Of a stretch of 64,000 nucleotides of DNA, positions 8,929 to 17,970 are shown piece after piece; positions within the stretch are counted from its first letter, which is position 1; each line of letters starts with the position of its first letter. A program made the position numbers and the translations under genes. This stretch comes from Gemmatimonadota bacterium (GTDB taxonomy: Bacteria; Gemmatimonadota; Gemmatimonadetes; Palauibacterales; Palauibacteraceae). The notes beneath the pieces are model-generated. The model ran no database searches. It worked only from the letters and a program-made list of their open reading frames with translations, and was not told where the DNA came from. Location: positions 15,239 through 79,238 of the forward strand of contig JBDGXI010000001.1 in the NCBI GenBank assembly GCA_039584685.1, read 5' to 3'.

Positions 8929-11900
8929 ATGTCCTGGCTCAGCGTCTCGTTTCGACGAAGAACCGGCGCGTCGAGGCCGCGTCGGCATATGGCGGCCGCG
9001 CTCCTGGTCCTGCTAGCGCTCTCGACCCTGTGGGTCCGGGCCTTGCCCGGGCAGGAAGTGGGCGGACGGCCCGAGCCGGCTGTTGCCGATTCCGTGCCGG
9101 CAGCCGATTCGTCGGTCGTGGGCGCCGTCGCCGGCGACACCCTGGCGGTAGACACCCTGGCGGTAGACACCCTGGCCGTCGTCACCCTGGCAGCAGACAC
9201 CCTGGCGGCCAGCGGGCCGGCAGCCGACACCTTGCCTCCGCAGCAGATCGAGCCGCCCGGACTGCGTCTCGGTATGACAGCCCTTCCGTACCCGTGGGAT
9301 ACCGATCTCGACCAGGTCCTCGAGGCGTACGGTTCGGACCTCGTCCGCTACACGTGGACCGATGCCCGCACCTGGCTGGCGGACGAGAACGCCGCGACCG
9401 ATCAAACGTTGATGGCTCGCCAGGACACCCTCGCTTGGCTCGGGCTCTCGGTGAACAAGCTCCCGGATGATTTCAGCCGGCGTCGGTTCCTCGCCGAACC
9501 GGAAGTCTCGGCGCCCGATTCGTTGATTCGAGAGCTGGCGCAGGAGCAACGCATCGACATCCTGCCGGACGCCCTGGAGAAGTACGCGGACCTGGAGATG
9601 GAGGTGGACGGCGCCGGGCAGATGAACTCGCGGTGGCAGACCTTCGACCCCTGCACGATCAACGTGGGACAGAAATGCAACGCCGGCGCCGTACCCACGA
9701 TCACTCCTGATTTCCAACTGCGGGCACTGGCCCGTGGGACGATCTCGGATCGGTTTCACGTGGATGTCGATTTCGACCAGACGCGAGAGTTCAACGCGAC
9801 GAACGATCTGCACGTCTACTACCAGGGCAAACCGGGGGAGATTCTCGAATTCGCCGAAGTGGGCCAGGTGAGCCTGCCTCTGCCCCGTTCCCGTTACCTC
9901 TCGCGAGGCATACCGGCGGGAAACTTCGGATTTCGCACCGACGCGCGACTGGGTCCGATGACCCTCCGCGGTGTCCTGGCCGAGCAGGAAGGCAACGTGC
10001 TCGACCGCGACATCACGCTCGACGTCTCGGGAGCGGGCGGTGAGAGCTCCGTTCTCCAGGACTTCGAAACCACCCTGGACGACGCCAGATATCAGACGGG
10101 ACAGTTCTTCTTCCTCGTCGATCCGCGACAAATCCAGGGGTATCCCTACATCGACGTTCTGGCTCTCGAGGGAACCGAGGTGGCGGACAGCCTGCGCCCC
10201 TCTTCTTCGGTGAAGCTGTACCGACACGAGGTGGCGGGCGGCGGTCAGCAGCAGAACGTTCAGGAAGGCGTCATCCAGGCGCGCGGCGTGGCCGCGCGTT
10301 CTCAGCTGGAAGATGATCCGACCGTCCCGGACAGCGTGCAGTTTCTCGGATTCTACCGACCCCTCGTCGAGGGGGAGGACTACATCGTGCACCGCAGCGG
10401 TCTGTGGGCCGTGGTTCGATCTCGCATCCAGCAGAACGAGGCCCTGGCCGGGACCTACATCGCCATCAGCGGTGACACGATCGGCGACTACAACGCCGAG
10501 GACATCTTCCGCAATCTCACTAACACGGGCAGCGGGGAACTCCCGGTCCTGGAGCTGTTCAAGGATGCCGAGACGCACCGTCCGGGAGGAGTCACCTGGG
10601 ATCGCGAGATGCACAACATCTACCGCATCTCCAGCTCGAACGACGTGGAGTGGGGCAGTATCCGACTGGTGGTGTCGCAGGGACCGGTCGAATCGGGTCC
10701 CGTGGTGCGCGTGGCCGATCAGACGGAGTATTCGTTTCTCGAGATCTTCGGCCTGGACGACCAGCCTCGGGACGACAGGCTCGATGACGGCCGGATCTGG
10801 CGTCCCAGCTCGAGCGGTGAGTTCGCCGGGACGGATGTGCTCACCGGCGTCTACCTGGTCTTTAAGGCTCAGGAACCGTTCAAGAGCCCGCCGCCCATCC
10901 AGGACGACCGGGTCCCGGCACTGCAGGGACAGCCGTTTCCGCTCGTCGCTTCGGACATCAACGACGCGATCTACGACGAGTCACTGGACCAGACGCGCCT
11001 GACCGCCTTCCTGTATCGGCTCAACTTCGAGTTCCGATCGCGCAGCTCCGAGGCACAGAGCTCATTCTCTCTCGGGGCGATCGGCATTCGACGGGGCAGC
11101 GAGAGAGTGACGCTGAACGGCAGGGACCTGACGCCGGGCGAGGACTACACGATCGACTACGACATCGGCCAGCTCACCCTGCTGCGTCCCGGAGACCTGT
11201 TCTCCGGTGCCGAGGATCCGCAGCTCGCGGTTCGCTTCGAACAGAAGCCTCTATTCCAGGTAGGCTCGAAGAGCATTCTCGGCTTCACCGGAGAGTACCG
11301 GCTGGGCCAGCACGGCTCGATCGGAATGGTGGGGATGTTCCAGAAGGAGGGTACCGTGCTCACGCGGCCCGACCTGGGACTCGAGCCCAGTGGCGTGACG
11401 CTGGGCGGCGCCGTCGCGAATTTCGACTTCCCATCGCGGGCGTTGGACAATTTCGTCAACAGCTTGCCCGGCATCCGGACTGATCTGGAGTCGCGGGTGA
11501 AATTCACGGGCGAGCTCGCCGCTTCGAGCCCGACGACGAACCGGCTCGGAACGACGTGGGTCGAGGACTTCGAGGTCGGGGCGGGATTCCGTGTCGGCCT
11601 GACCACTCGTTCCTGGCGCCACGGCTCGCTGGTGAGCCGTCCCGACGCCAGTGGCGGTTATCTTCCGGCGGTTCCCGACCTCAGCAATCAGCTGAGCACG
11701 GTGTGGCAATCGCAGTGGGAGGCCAACGGCATCCTGCAGGGTTCACTGCTTGTCAGACAGGTGGATCCGCAGTTGAACGTGCTGAACGCGGGAACCCAGA
11801 CAACCGTTCTGTGGCTCACTACCACGGACCCTCCCCCGGGCGGGGAGCCCGGCTGGTACTCCATCACCACCGTGTTGTCGCAGACGGGAATCGACCTGAG

Positions 11901-14900
11901 CACGAGCGAGTTCCTGGAGTTCTACGCCTCGACCGTGGACAATACCGACGAGAGTCTGGCGCTGATCGTCGACATCGGGACGGTCAGCGAGGACGCGTTC
12001 GTCGCCGACTCGCTCGGCAACCCGTCCGGCACTGGTATTCTGGACCAGGAGGTGGATCCGATCGTCGGCGTGTGGGGAAACCAGGACGACACCGGTCTGT
12101 GGGATACCGGGTGCACGGCGGAGCCCAACGCCTCCGCCTGGCCGCTCGGTGATCAGCGGGCGAACTGTACCAACAACAACGGTCTCGAGGATACCGAGGA
12201 CCTGAACCGCGACAACTTCCTGAACACCGATGAACGCTATTTCCGATACATCGTTCCGCTGACCCAGCCCTCGCGGTACCTGAACCGACCCACGGGCGGC
12301 GAGTTCAAGTTCAACCTGTACCGGCTGCCGCTCCGCCTGCCGGATCTAGAGGAGAACGCCTCTGGCAACGAGCAGCAGAATGTGAAGCACGTACGCATCA
12401 CGCTGACCAGCGCGGTCAGCTCGACCGTGCTGCTCAGCCGGATGCAGTTTTCGGGTTCGCCGTGGCTCAAGCGAGCCGGAACCGGGAGTGTCGTGGGGCC
12501 GATCGGGGATACGCCGGGCACGGCTACGCAGGTCGTGGTGGGGCCGATCTCGACCGTTGACCGGACCTACATTTCGCCTCCCGGGATAACCGACCAGGAA
12601 GCCGACAAGACGGACGAGCTGCGGCTGTCGAACGCCGTAATCAACGAGCAATCTCTGCAGATCGTCTACTCCGATATCCCGGTCGGCGAGAGAGTCGAGG
12701 TGTTCCGGAAGTTCGCGAATCAGCCGCGTGACTTCCTGCCGTACGGGCGCCTGCGAGCGTGGAGCCTCGCACAGGGAGACGATTGGGGCCCGGGAGGCTC
12801 GCTGCGGTTCTTCATCCGCATGGGGTTCGACGCGAACAACTTCTACATGTACCGCACACCTCTTCGGAATTCGCCGGCGCAGCCGAGTCGAGACGACTGG
12901 CTGCCCGAGGACCTGATCGATTTCGACCGCCTGCTGGCGCTCCGCGTGGAAGCGGAGCGTCTCATCGACGCGAGCGGGTCGAACCTGCCTGGAGACACGA
13001 CTTTCGTCCTGTGGGACGTGGACCTGTTTCCCGATGCGGACAGCACCCTGGCACTCGTGATCAACGACCGGTCCCGAGCCCCGAACCTGTCCGCCATACG
13101 CGAGATGGCTCTGGGGATCGAGAACGTGGGGACGGTGGACGCCGGACCGGGCGAGGTGTGGGTGGACGACCTGCGGTTGGACGCGGCGCCGGACGACAAC
13201 GGCGTAGCGGCCCTGGCGGACCTGCAGGTGGATCTGGCGGACGTGTTCAGCCTGCAGGCCGACGTGAACACCGTGAACCCGTTCTACCGGCAGCTCGGGG
13301 AGAAGCCATCGTTCATCCGTCAGCTGGACTATGGTGGCCGCGCCACCCTCCAGGTCGGGAAGTTCCTGCCGGACTCGTGGGGGCTGGTCATGCCGGTCGG
13401 GTTCGCATACGCCAACACCGGCGAGGACCCGTACTTCCTACCCCAGACCGATGTCCTCGCCGCCCCGTTGGAGAACCTGAGGACCGGCAGCTCTTCGGAG
13501 ACCCGCTGGAACGTGGCGCTCTCGAAATCGACCCGTTCGGGCAGCCCGCTGCTGAGGGCCACGATCGATGGCCTGCGCCTCGGTTACACCACCCGCAGCA
13601 GCAAGAGCACGGCGACGCAGACCGAGACGACCGGTTCGGGCTGGGGCGCCACCGGAGCCTGGTCGAGGCAGGTGGTGGACAAGTCCTTCCCGCTCGTGCC
13701 CGGGTTTCTGCGGTCGGCGATCGATGCTCTGCCGACGTTCATTTCACAGAGCGTGCTGATGCAGAACCTCAAGGGCATGAGGTTTCGCTGGACCCCTCGC
13801 CAGATGAACCTGGGCGCCGAGCTCACGAAGTCCGAGGACGCGCGGAGACGATTCCAGACCAGCACGATCCAGGCGACGGACGACGCGGTGATTCCGACGG
13901 TCAACCTGCAGAACGCGCTGCGCCCGCAGGCGGGATTCCAGCTGCAGCCTTTCCCGTCGATCGTGTGGGGGTTCAACTTCCAGTCTGTCCGCGACCTCGT
14001 CGACCCGGCCCTGCGAGCGTCGCGACCGGCGGGTCAGCAGCAGCTGGAGCAGGCCTCCCGCACGTTCCTCGGAATGGATGTGGGCTGGGAGACGAACCGC
14101 AACGTGCGGACGGATCTGAGCTGGCGACCACGACTGGCCAGCTGGTTCGACACCGACTTCGCGATGAACACGAACTACGGCACGAATCGGAACGTCTCGT
14201 ACATCCAGGATCTCGGCGGCGACACGACGCTGGTGCGCGATCTCTCGTTGCAGCGTGACCTGGGCTTCCAGTTCGACGTTCGGCCCGACCAGTTTCTCAC
14301 GGCATTCGGAATCGCGGGGGGGGGGGAAGCCACCGGGATGGCTCGCAGCCTGAGGGCATTCTGGGACCGACTCGCCCCTGTCCGGATCGACTGGCGCAAG
14401 GAGGTCAATTCTACGTATGACCGCCGGGACGTGTACCCCAACCTGTGGGATCAGCTGGTGCTGGTGGGCTTCGATGAGATGCGCGTGATGGGCGCAGATA
14501 CGGCCTCGGCCGCCGGCGACACGCGCGCGTGGTCGGTCGATGGAGGCTACCTGTTTCCGCTCGGCTTCGACCTCGACGTCGGGTACAGCTCGTCCGACCG
14601 GCGGACATTCACGGGTCTCAACGAACGTCGCGTGGTCGATCGCGAGTGGCCGACGCTAAACGTCCGGTGGCGGAACGTTCCCATTCCCGGGTTCGCGGAG
14701 AATCTGCTACGGGACATCAACATCAGCGGAGGGTGGCGCACGCGAGAGACCAACACCAGCACTACGACCGGGCAGGACAGGGGGACCGAGCAGACGGTCC
14801 GATCACTCCAGCTCGTGTTCATCCTGACGAACGGTTTCAATATCACGTACGGTCTCGACAACACGGGATCCGAGCGACTCGATGCGACGGGACTGAGCCA

Positions 14901-15285
14901 GTCAGAGCGTCTGTCACATTCCGTCCGACTGACCGGATTCCTGCCGCCCCCTGGCTTCCTCCCGTTCGTGAAGAACGATCTGCGCCTCTCGTTCGACTAT
15001 TCGAACAATGGAAACTCCGACTGCCGGGCTCTGGGCGGATCGGGGTTCGGGGAGATCAACCAGTCTTTCCGGGACGACTGCACGACGCACACCGACCAGA
15101 CCACGCAGAACGCCGAGTTCGCCATCGACACGGAGTTCACGGGCTACTCTATCGGCGTGCAGCTCGCGTGGGTGGCGCGCTCCAGCGCCGTCGGCCGGCA
15201 GCAATCGTCCAATCAGTTCAACTTCAACATCTTCGGCCGGTTCTTCTTCCGGGCCAGCGAGGGACAGAACCAGTTCAACCGTTGA
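8929..15285 (+). CDS. sprA: Giant outer-membrane beta-barrel protein, SprA/Sov (T9SS translocon) homolog, 2118 aa
   Basis: Signal peptide. VDFDQTREF..LHVYYQGKPGEILEFAEVGQVSLPL..NFGFRTDARLG resembles the SprA N-terminal conserved block; also VTLNGRDLTPGEDYTIDYDIGQLTL, EDTEDLNRDNFL and VWVDDLRL; C-terminal half is alternating amphipathic strands. Confidence 0.8.
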   Translation: MSWLSVSFRRRTGASRPRRHMAAALLVLLALSTLWVRALPGQEVGGRPEPAVADSVPAADSSVVGAVAGDTLAVDTLAVDTLAVVTLAADTLAASGPAADTLPPQQIEPPGLRLGMTALPYPWDTDLDQVLEAYGSDLVRYTWTDARTWLADENAATDQTLMARQDTLAWLGLSVNKLPDDFSRRRFLAEPEVSAPDSLIRELAQEQRIDILPDALEKYADLEMEVDGAGQMNSRWQTFDPCTINVGQKCNAGAVPTITPDFQLRALARGTISDRFHVDVDFDQTREFNATNDLHVYYQGKPGEILEFAEVGQVSLPLPRSRYLSRGIPAGNFGFRTDARLGPMTLRGVLAEQEGNVLDRDITLDVSGAGGESSVLQDFETTLDDARYQTGQFFFLVDPRQIQGYPYIDVLALEGTEVADSLRPSSSVKLYRHEVAGGGQQQNVQEGVIQARGVAARSQLEDDPTVPDSVQFLGFYRPLVEGEDYIVHRSGLWAVVRSRIQQNEALAGTYIAISGDTIGDYNAEDIFRNLTNTGSGELPVLELFKDAETHRPGGVTWDREMHNIYRISSSNDVEWGSIRLVVSQGPVESGPVVRVADQTEYSFLEIFGLDDQPRDDRLDDGRIWRPSSSGEFAGTDVLTGVYLVFKAQEPFKSPPPIQDDRVPALQGQPFPLVASDINDAIYDESLDQTRLTAFLYRLNFEFRSRSSEAQSSFSLGAIGIRRGSERVTLNGRDLTPGEDYTIDYDIGQLTLLRPGDLFSGAEDPQLAVRFEQKPLFQVGSKSILGFTGEYRLGQHGSIGMVGMFQKEGTVLTRPDLGLEPSGVTLGGAVANFDFPSRALDNFVNSLPGIRTDLESRVKFTGELAASSPTTNRLGTTWVEDFEVGAGFRVGLTTRSWRHGSLVSRPDASGGYLPAVPDLSNQLSTVWQSQWEANGILQGSLLVRQVDPQLNVLNAGTQTTVLWLTTTDPPPGGEPGWYSITTVLSQTGIDLSTSEFLEFYASTVDNTDESLALIVDIGTVSEDAFVADSLGNPSGTGILDQEVDPIVGVWGNQDDTGLWDTGCTAEPNASAWPLGDQRANCTNNNGLEDTEDLNRDNFLNTDERYFRYIVPLTQPSRYLNRPTGGEFKFNLYRLPLRLPDLEENASGNEQQNVKHVRITLTSAVSSTVLLSRMQFSGSPWLKRAGTGSVVGPIGDTPGTATQVVVGPISTVDRTYISPPGITDQEADKTDELRLSNAVINEQSLQIVYSDIPVGERVEVFRKFANQPRDFLPYGRLRAWSLAQGDDWGPGGSLRFFIRMGFDANNFYMYRTPLRNSPAQPSRDDWLPEDLIDFDRLLALRVEAERLIDASGSNLPGDTTFVLWDVDLFPDADSTLALVINDRSRAPNLSAIREMALGIENVGTVDAGPGEVWVDDLRLDAAPDDNGVAALADLQVDLADVFSLQADVNTVNPFYRQLGEKPSFIRQLDYGGRATLQVGKFLPDSWGLVMPVGFAYANTGEDPYFLPQTDVLAAPLENLRTGSSSETRWNVALSKSTRSGSPLLRATIDGLRLGYTTRSSKSTATQTETTGSGWGATGAWSRQVVDKSFPLVPGFLRSAIDALPTFISQSVLMQNLKGMRFRWTPRQMNLGAELTKSEDARRRFQTSTIQATDDAVIPTVNLQNALRPQAGFQLQPFPSIVWGFNFQSVRDLVDPALRASRPAGQQQLEQASRTFLGMDVGWETNRNVRTDLSWRPRLASWFDTDFAMNTNYGTNRNVSYIQDLGGDTTLVRDLSLQRDLGFQFDVRPDQFLTAFGIAGGGEATGMARSLRAFWDRLAPVRIDWRKEVNSTYDRRDVYPNLWDQLVLVGFDEMRVMGADTASAAGDTRAWSVDGGYLFPLGFDLDVGYSSSDRRTFTGLNERRVVDREWPTLNVRWRNVPIPGFAENLLRDINISGGWRTRETNTSTTTGQDRGTEQTVRSLQLVFILTNGFNITYGLDNTGSERLDATGLSQSERLSHSVRLTGFLPPPGFLPFVKNDLRLSFDYSNNGNSDCRALGGSGFGEINQSFRDDCTTHTDQTTQNAEFAIDTEFTGYSIGVQLAWVARSSAVGRQQSSNQFNFNIFGRFFFRASEGQNQFNR
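9136..9210 (+). repeat. Five tandem 15-bp units GACACCCTGGCNGYN encoding (D/V)TLA(V/A) in the SprA N-terminal linker
   Basis: GACACCCTGGCGGTA x2, GACACCCTGGCCGTC, GTCACCCTGGCAGCA, GACACCCTGGCGGCC read directly. Confidence 0.95.
14316..14326 (+). repeat. G11 homopolymer in frame within sprA (GCG GGG GGG GGG GAA)
   Basis: Seen directly; longest homopolymer I noticed in the window. Confidence 0.95.
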
Positions 15286-15338
15286 GCGGTTTACCTCCCG
15301 TTGAGACCGCCGCACATATCGCGATGGGGGGGGAACGC

Positions 15339-16007
15339 ATGACGTATTTCAACGGAACGGAGCTGCGCTCCATTCTACTGGCGGCCGGGCTGCTGCTTCT
15401 CGGGGCGGCGGCACGGCTGGGCCTCGGTCCGGAACCCGACGACTTCACCTGGACATCGGCCGAGCGGCCCGATGGCGAGCGGGCCGCGAGCCTCTCCACG
15501 GCCCGGCGGCTGGTATCCGAAGGAGCCGCCGAAGAGGAACTCGCCGCGACTCCTCTCGGACCGGGGGAACGACTCGACCCCAACACGGCCTCCGCGGCCG
15601 AGTTGCGCCGCCTTCCCGGCGTGGGACCGGCCCGGGCGGAAGCGATCGTCACCGAGAGGAACGCCGCCGGACCGTTCAAGAATCCCCCGGACATGGCGCG
15701 CGTGTCGGGAATCGGACCGCGAACCGTTGAGGCGCTGACGCCGCACCTCGCCTTCGATCGCCGCCCGTCGGTCGCCCGTTCGGCCCTGCATTCCCTGCGA
15801 GCGCGCGATTCCAGCCGGCGCGTGGATGTGAATCGGGCACAAATCACGGAACTGGAGCAAATCACAGGGATCGGACCGGCCCTGGCGGCCCGGATCGTTG
15901 CAACGAGGCGGCGCGTCGGACCCTTCGAACGGCCAGAGGACCTGCTTCGGGTGCCCGGAATCGGTCCTGCGATCTTGCAGCGAATAAGGGAGCAAGTGCG
16001 ATTCTGA
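15339..16007 (+). CDS. comEA: ComEA-family DNA-binding protein with two tandem HhH domains
   Basis: N-terminal TM segment; LDPNTASAAELRRLPGVGPARAEAIV..GPF and VDVNRAQITELEQITGIGPALAARIV..GPF; start at ATG 15339. Confidence 0.85.
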   Translation: MTYFNGTELRSILLAAGLLLLGAAARLGLGPEPDDFTWTSAERPDGERAASLSTARRLVSEGAAEEELAATPLGPGERLDPNTASAAELRRLPGVGPARAEAIVTERNAAGPFKNPPDMARVSGIGPRTVEALTPHLAFDRRPSVARSALHSLRARDSSRRVDVNRAQITELEQITGIGPALAARIVATRRRVGPFERPEDLLRVPGIGPAILQRIREQVRF

Positions 16008-16093
16008 CTGGCGGATCCGCACATCCGGTCCCTGCTGCCTTCGTCACTTCCGGCCCCCGATCCTTCCGCACGGTGTGGCGTGCGGCCCACACC

Positions 16094-16109
16094 GGGCACG
16101 CCGCTTGCT
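16094..16109 (+). promoter_or_regulatory. Sigma54 -24/-12 promoter upstream of pilB
   Basis: GGGCACGCCGCTTGCT = GG-N10-GC, close to the TGGCACR-N4-TTGCW consensus; intergenic and correctly oriented. Confidence 0.7.
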
Positions 16110-16214
16110 CGATTCCGGTCGCCGCGGGCGGTTTGCGCCCCGGATGTGGTCGGCGCTCGGGTTGGTCCCGACCGGGCCGGAGAGATCTGACAGCTTAGAA
16201 GCCGGCGGAGCGAG

Positions 16215-17927
16215 ATGGCATCAACTTCAATGGAACAAACCCAGATCGGCGAGTTGCTCCTGCGCGAGAACCTGATCACGCGGGAGCAGCTGGATAAGGC
16301 CCTCAGCGAGCAGCAGCAGGGAGGGACCCGGATCGGCTTCTCGCTGGTCTCCAGCGGTGCGTTGACCGAGACGGAGCTCACAAAGCTTCTGTCCAGGCAG
16401 TATCGCGTGCCGGCGGTAGATCTGTCCGAGGTGGAGGTCGATCCGAAGATCCTCCAGCTCGTGCCCGCGGATTTCGCCGCCAAGCATCTCGTGCTTCCTC
16501 TCAGGCGCGTCGGACGCACCCTCACCGTGGCCATGGTGAACCCGACCGACCTCGGGGTGGTGGACGACCTGAAGTTCATCACGCGGTTCGACGTGGACGC
16601 GGTAGTGGCCGGCGAGTACTCGCTGCGCATGGCGATCGACAAATACTACGAGGTCGCGAGCGACCGGTTGGGCGACCTTCTGGAGGAGCTCGAAGAGCAG
16701 GACGTGGAGGTCGTGGAGGAGGAAGAAGAGACCTACTCCACGATGCAGTTGCAGGCCCAGGTCGAAGAGGCGCCGGTCGTTCGCCTGATCAACGGCTTTC
16801 TCACCGACGCCGTCCGCCGCGGGGCCTCGGATATCCACATCGAGCCCTACGAGAAAGAGCTCCGGGTGCGCTACCGGATCGACGGTGCCCTGCAGGAGAT
16901 CATGAAGCCGCCCATCCGGATGAAGGCGGCGCTGATCTCGCGGGTGAAGATCCTGGCGGACCTGAACATCGCCGAACGCCGGGTACCGCAGGACGGCCGC
17001 ATCAAGATCAAGATCGGTCGGAAGGTGATCGACTTCCGTGTGTCCACTTTGCCGACCCTGTTCGGCGAGAAGATCGTGCTCCGCATCCTGGACAAGGGCA
17101 ACCTGACGCTCGACCTCGAGAAGTTCGGGATGGAGCAGAAGGCGGAGGCCGACTTCCTGGACGCGATCTCCAAGCCATACGGTATGGTCCTCGTCACCGG
17201 GCCGACCGGCTCCGGGAAGACGACGACGCTGTACAGCGCGCTGAGCCGGATCAACAAGGACGAAGTCAACATCATGACGGCCGAGGACCCGGTCGAGTAC
17301 AACCTGCACGGCATCAACCAGGTGCAGGTGCGAACCGAGATAGGAATGACGTTCGCCGCTGCCCTCAGGGCCTTTCTCCGCCAGGACCCGAACATCGTCA
17401 TGGTCGGTGAGATCCGTGACCTGGAGACCGGCGGAATCGCGGTGAAGGCGTCGCTCACGGGGCACCTGGTGCTGTCCACGCTGCACACGAACGACGCGGC
17501 GTCGACGATCACCCGCATGATCGACATGGGCATCGAGGCGTTCAACGTCGCGTCGGCGCTCAACTGCATCACGGCCCAGAGGTTGGTGCGCCGGATCTGC
17601 TCGAACTGTCGGGCCGAACACACCTACGGGCCCGAGGTGCTCCGGGCTGCCCGTATCACGGACGAGCAGGCGGCCACGATGACCTTCTTCCGCGGGGAAG
17701 GCTGCGACGCGTGCAACGGGTCCGGCTACTCCGGGCGTCAGGGCTTGTACGAAGTCATGCCCATGACGCCCGATCTGCGGAAGATGATCCTCCAGGGCGC
17801 GTCCACGGACGAGCTGAAGCGGACGGCCGTCGAGCACGGGATGATCACCCTGCGGGAGGACGGCATGCTGAAGGTCCGCAAGGGCATCACGACGCTCGAG
17901 GAAGTGATCAAGGAAACTGCCGCCTGA
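16215..17927 (+). CDS. pilB: Type IVa pilus assembly ATPase
   Basis: N-terminal GSPII_E domain, AERRVPQDGR, Walker A GPTGSGKT, LRQDP, CSNC/CDAC zinc motif. Confidence 0.96.
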   Translation: MASTSMEQTQIGELLLRENLITREQLDKALSEQQQGGTRIGFSLVSSGALTETELTKLLSRQYRVPAVDLSEVEVDPKILQLVPADFAAKHLVLPLRRVGRTLTVAMVNPTDLGVVDDLKFITRFDVDAVVAGEYSLRMAIDKYYEVASDRLGDLLEELEEQDVEVVEEEEETYSTMQLQAQVEEAPVVRLINGFLTDAVRRGASDIHIEPYEKELRVRYRIDGALQEIMKPPIRMKAALISRVKILADLNIAERRVPQDGRIKIKIGRKVIDFRVSTLPTLFGEKIVLRILDKGNLTLDLEKFGMEQKAEADFLDAISKPYGMVLVTGPTGSGKTTTLYSALSRINKDEVNIMTAEDPVEYNLHGINQVQVRTEIGMTFAAALRAFLRQDPNIVMVGEIRDLETGGIAVKASLTGHLVLSTLHTNDAASTITRMIDMGIEAFNVASALNCITAQRLVRRICSNCRAEHTYGPEVLRAARITDEQAATMTFFRGEGCDACNGSGYSGRQGLYEVMPMTPDLRKMILQGASTDELKRTAVEHGMITLREDGMLKVRKGITTLEEVIKETAA

Positions 17928-17970
17928 ACCGTCGCGGCATCGGACGACACGACTGGAGAACGAGGAAGAG

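Noticed and set aside
9136-9210. Tandem repeats as a possible CRISPR array
   Set aside because: 15-bp in-frame coding repeats with no spacers; no cas genes in the window
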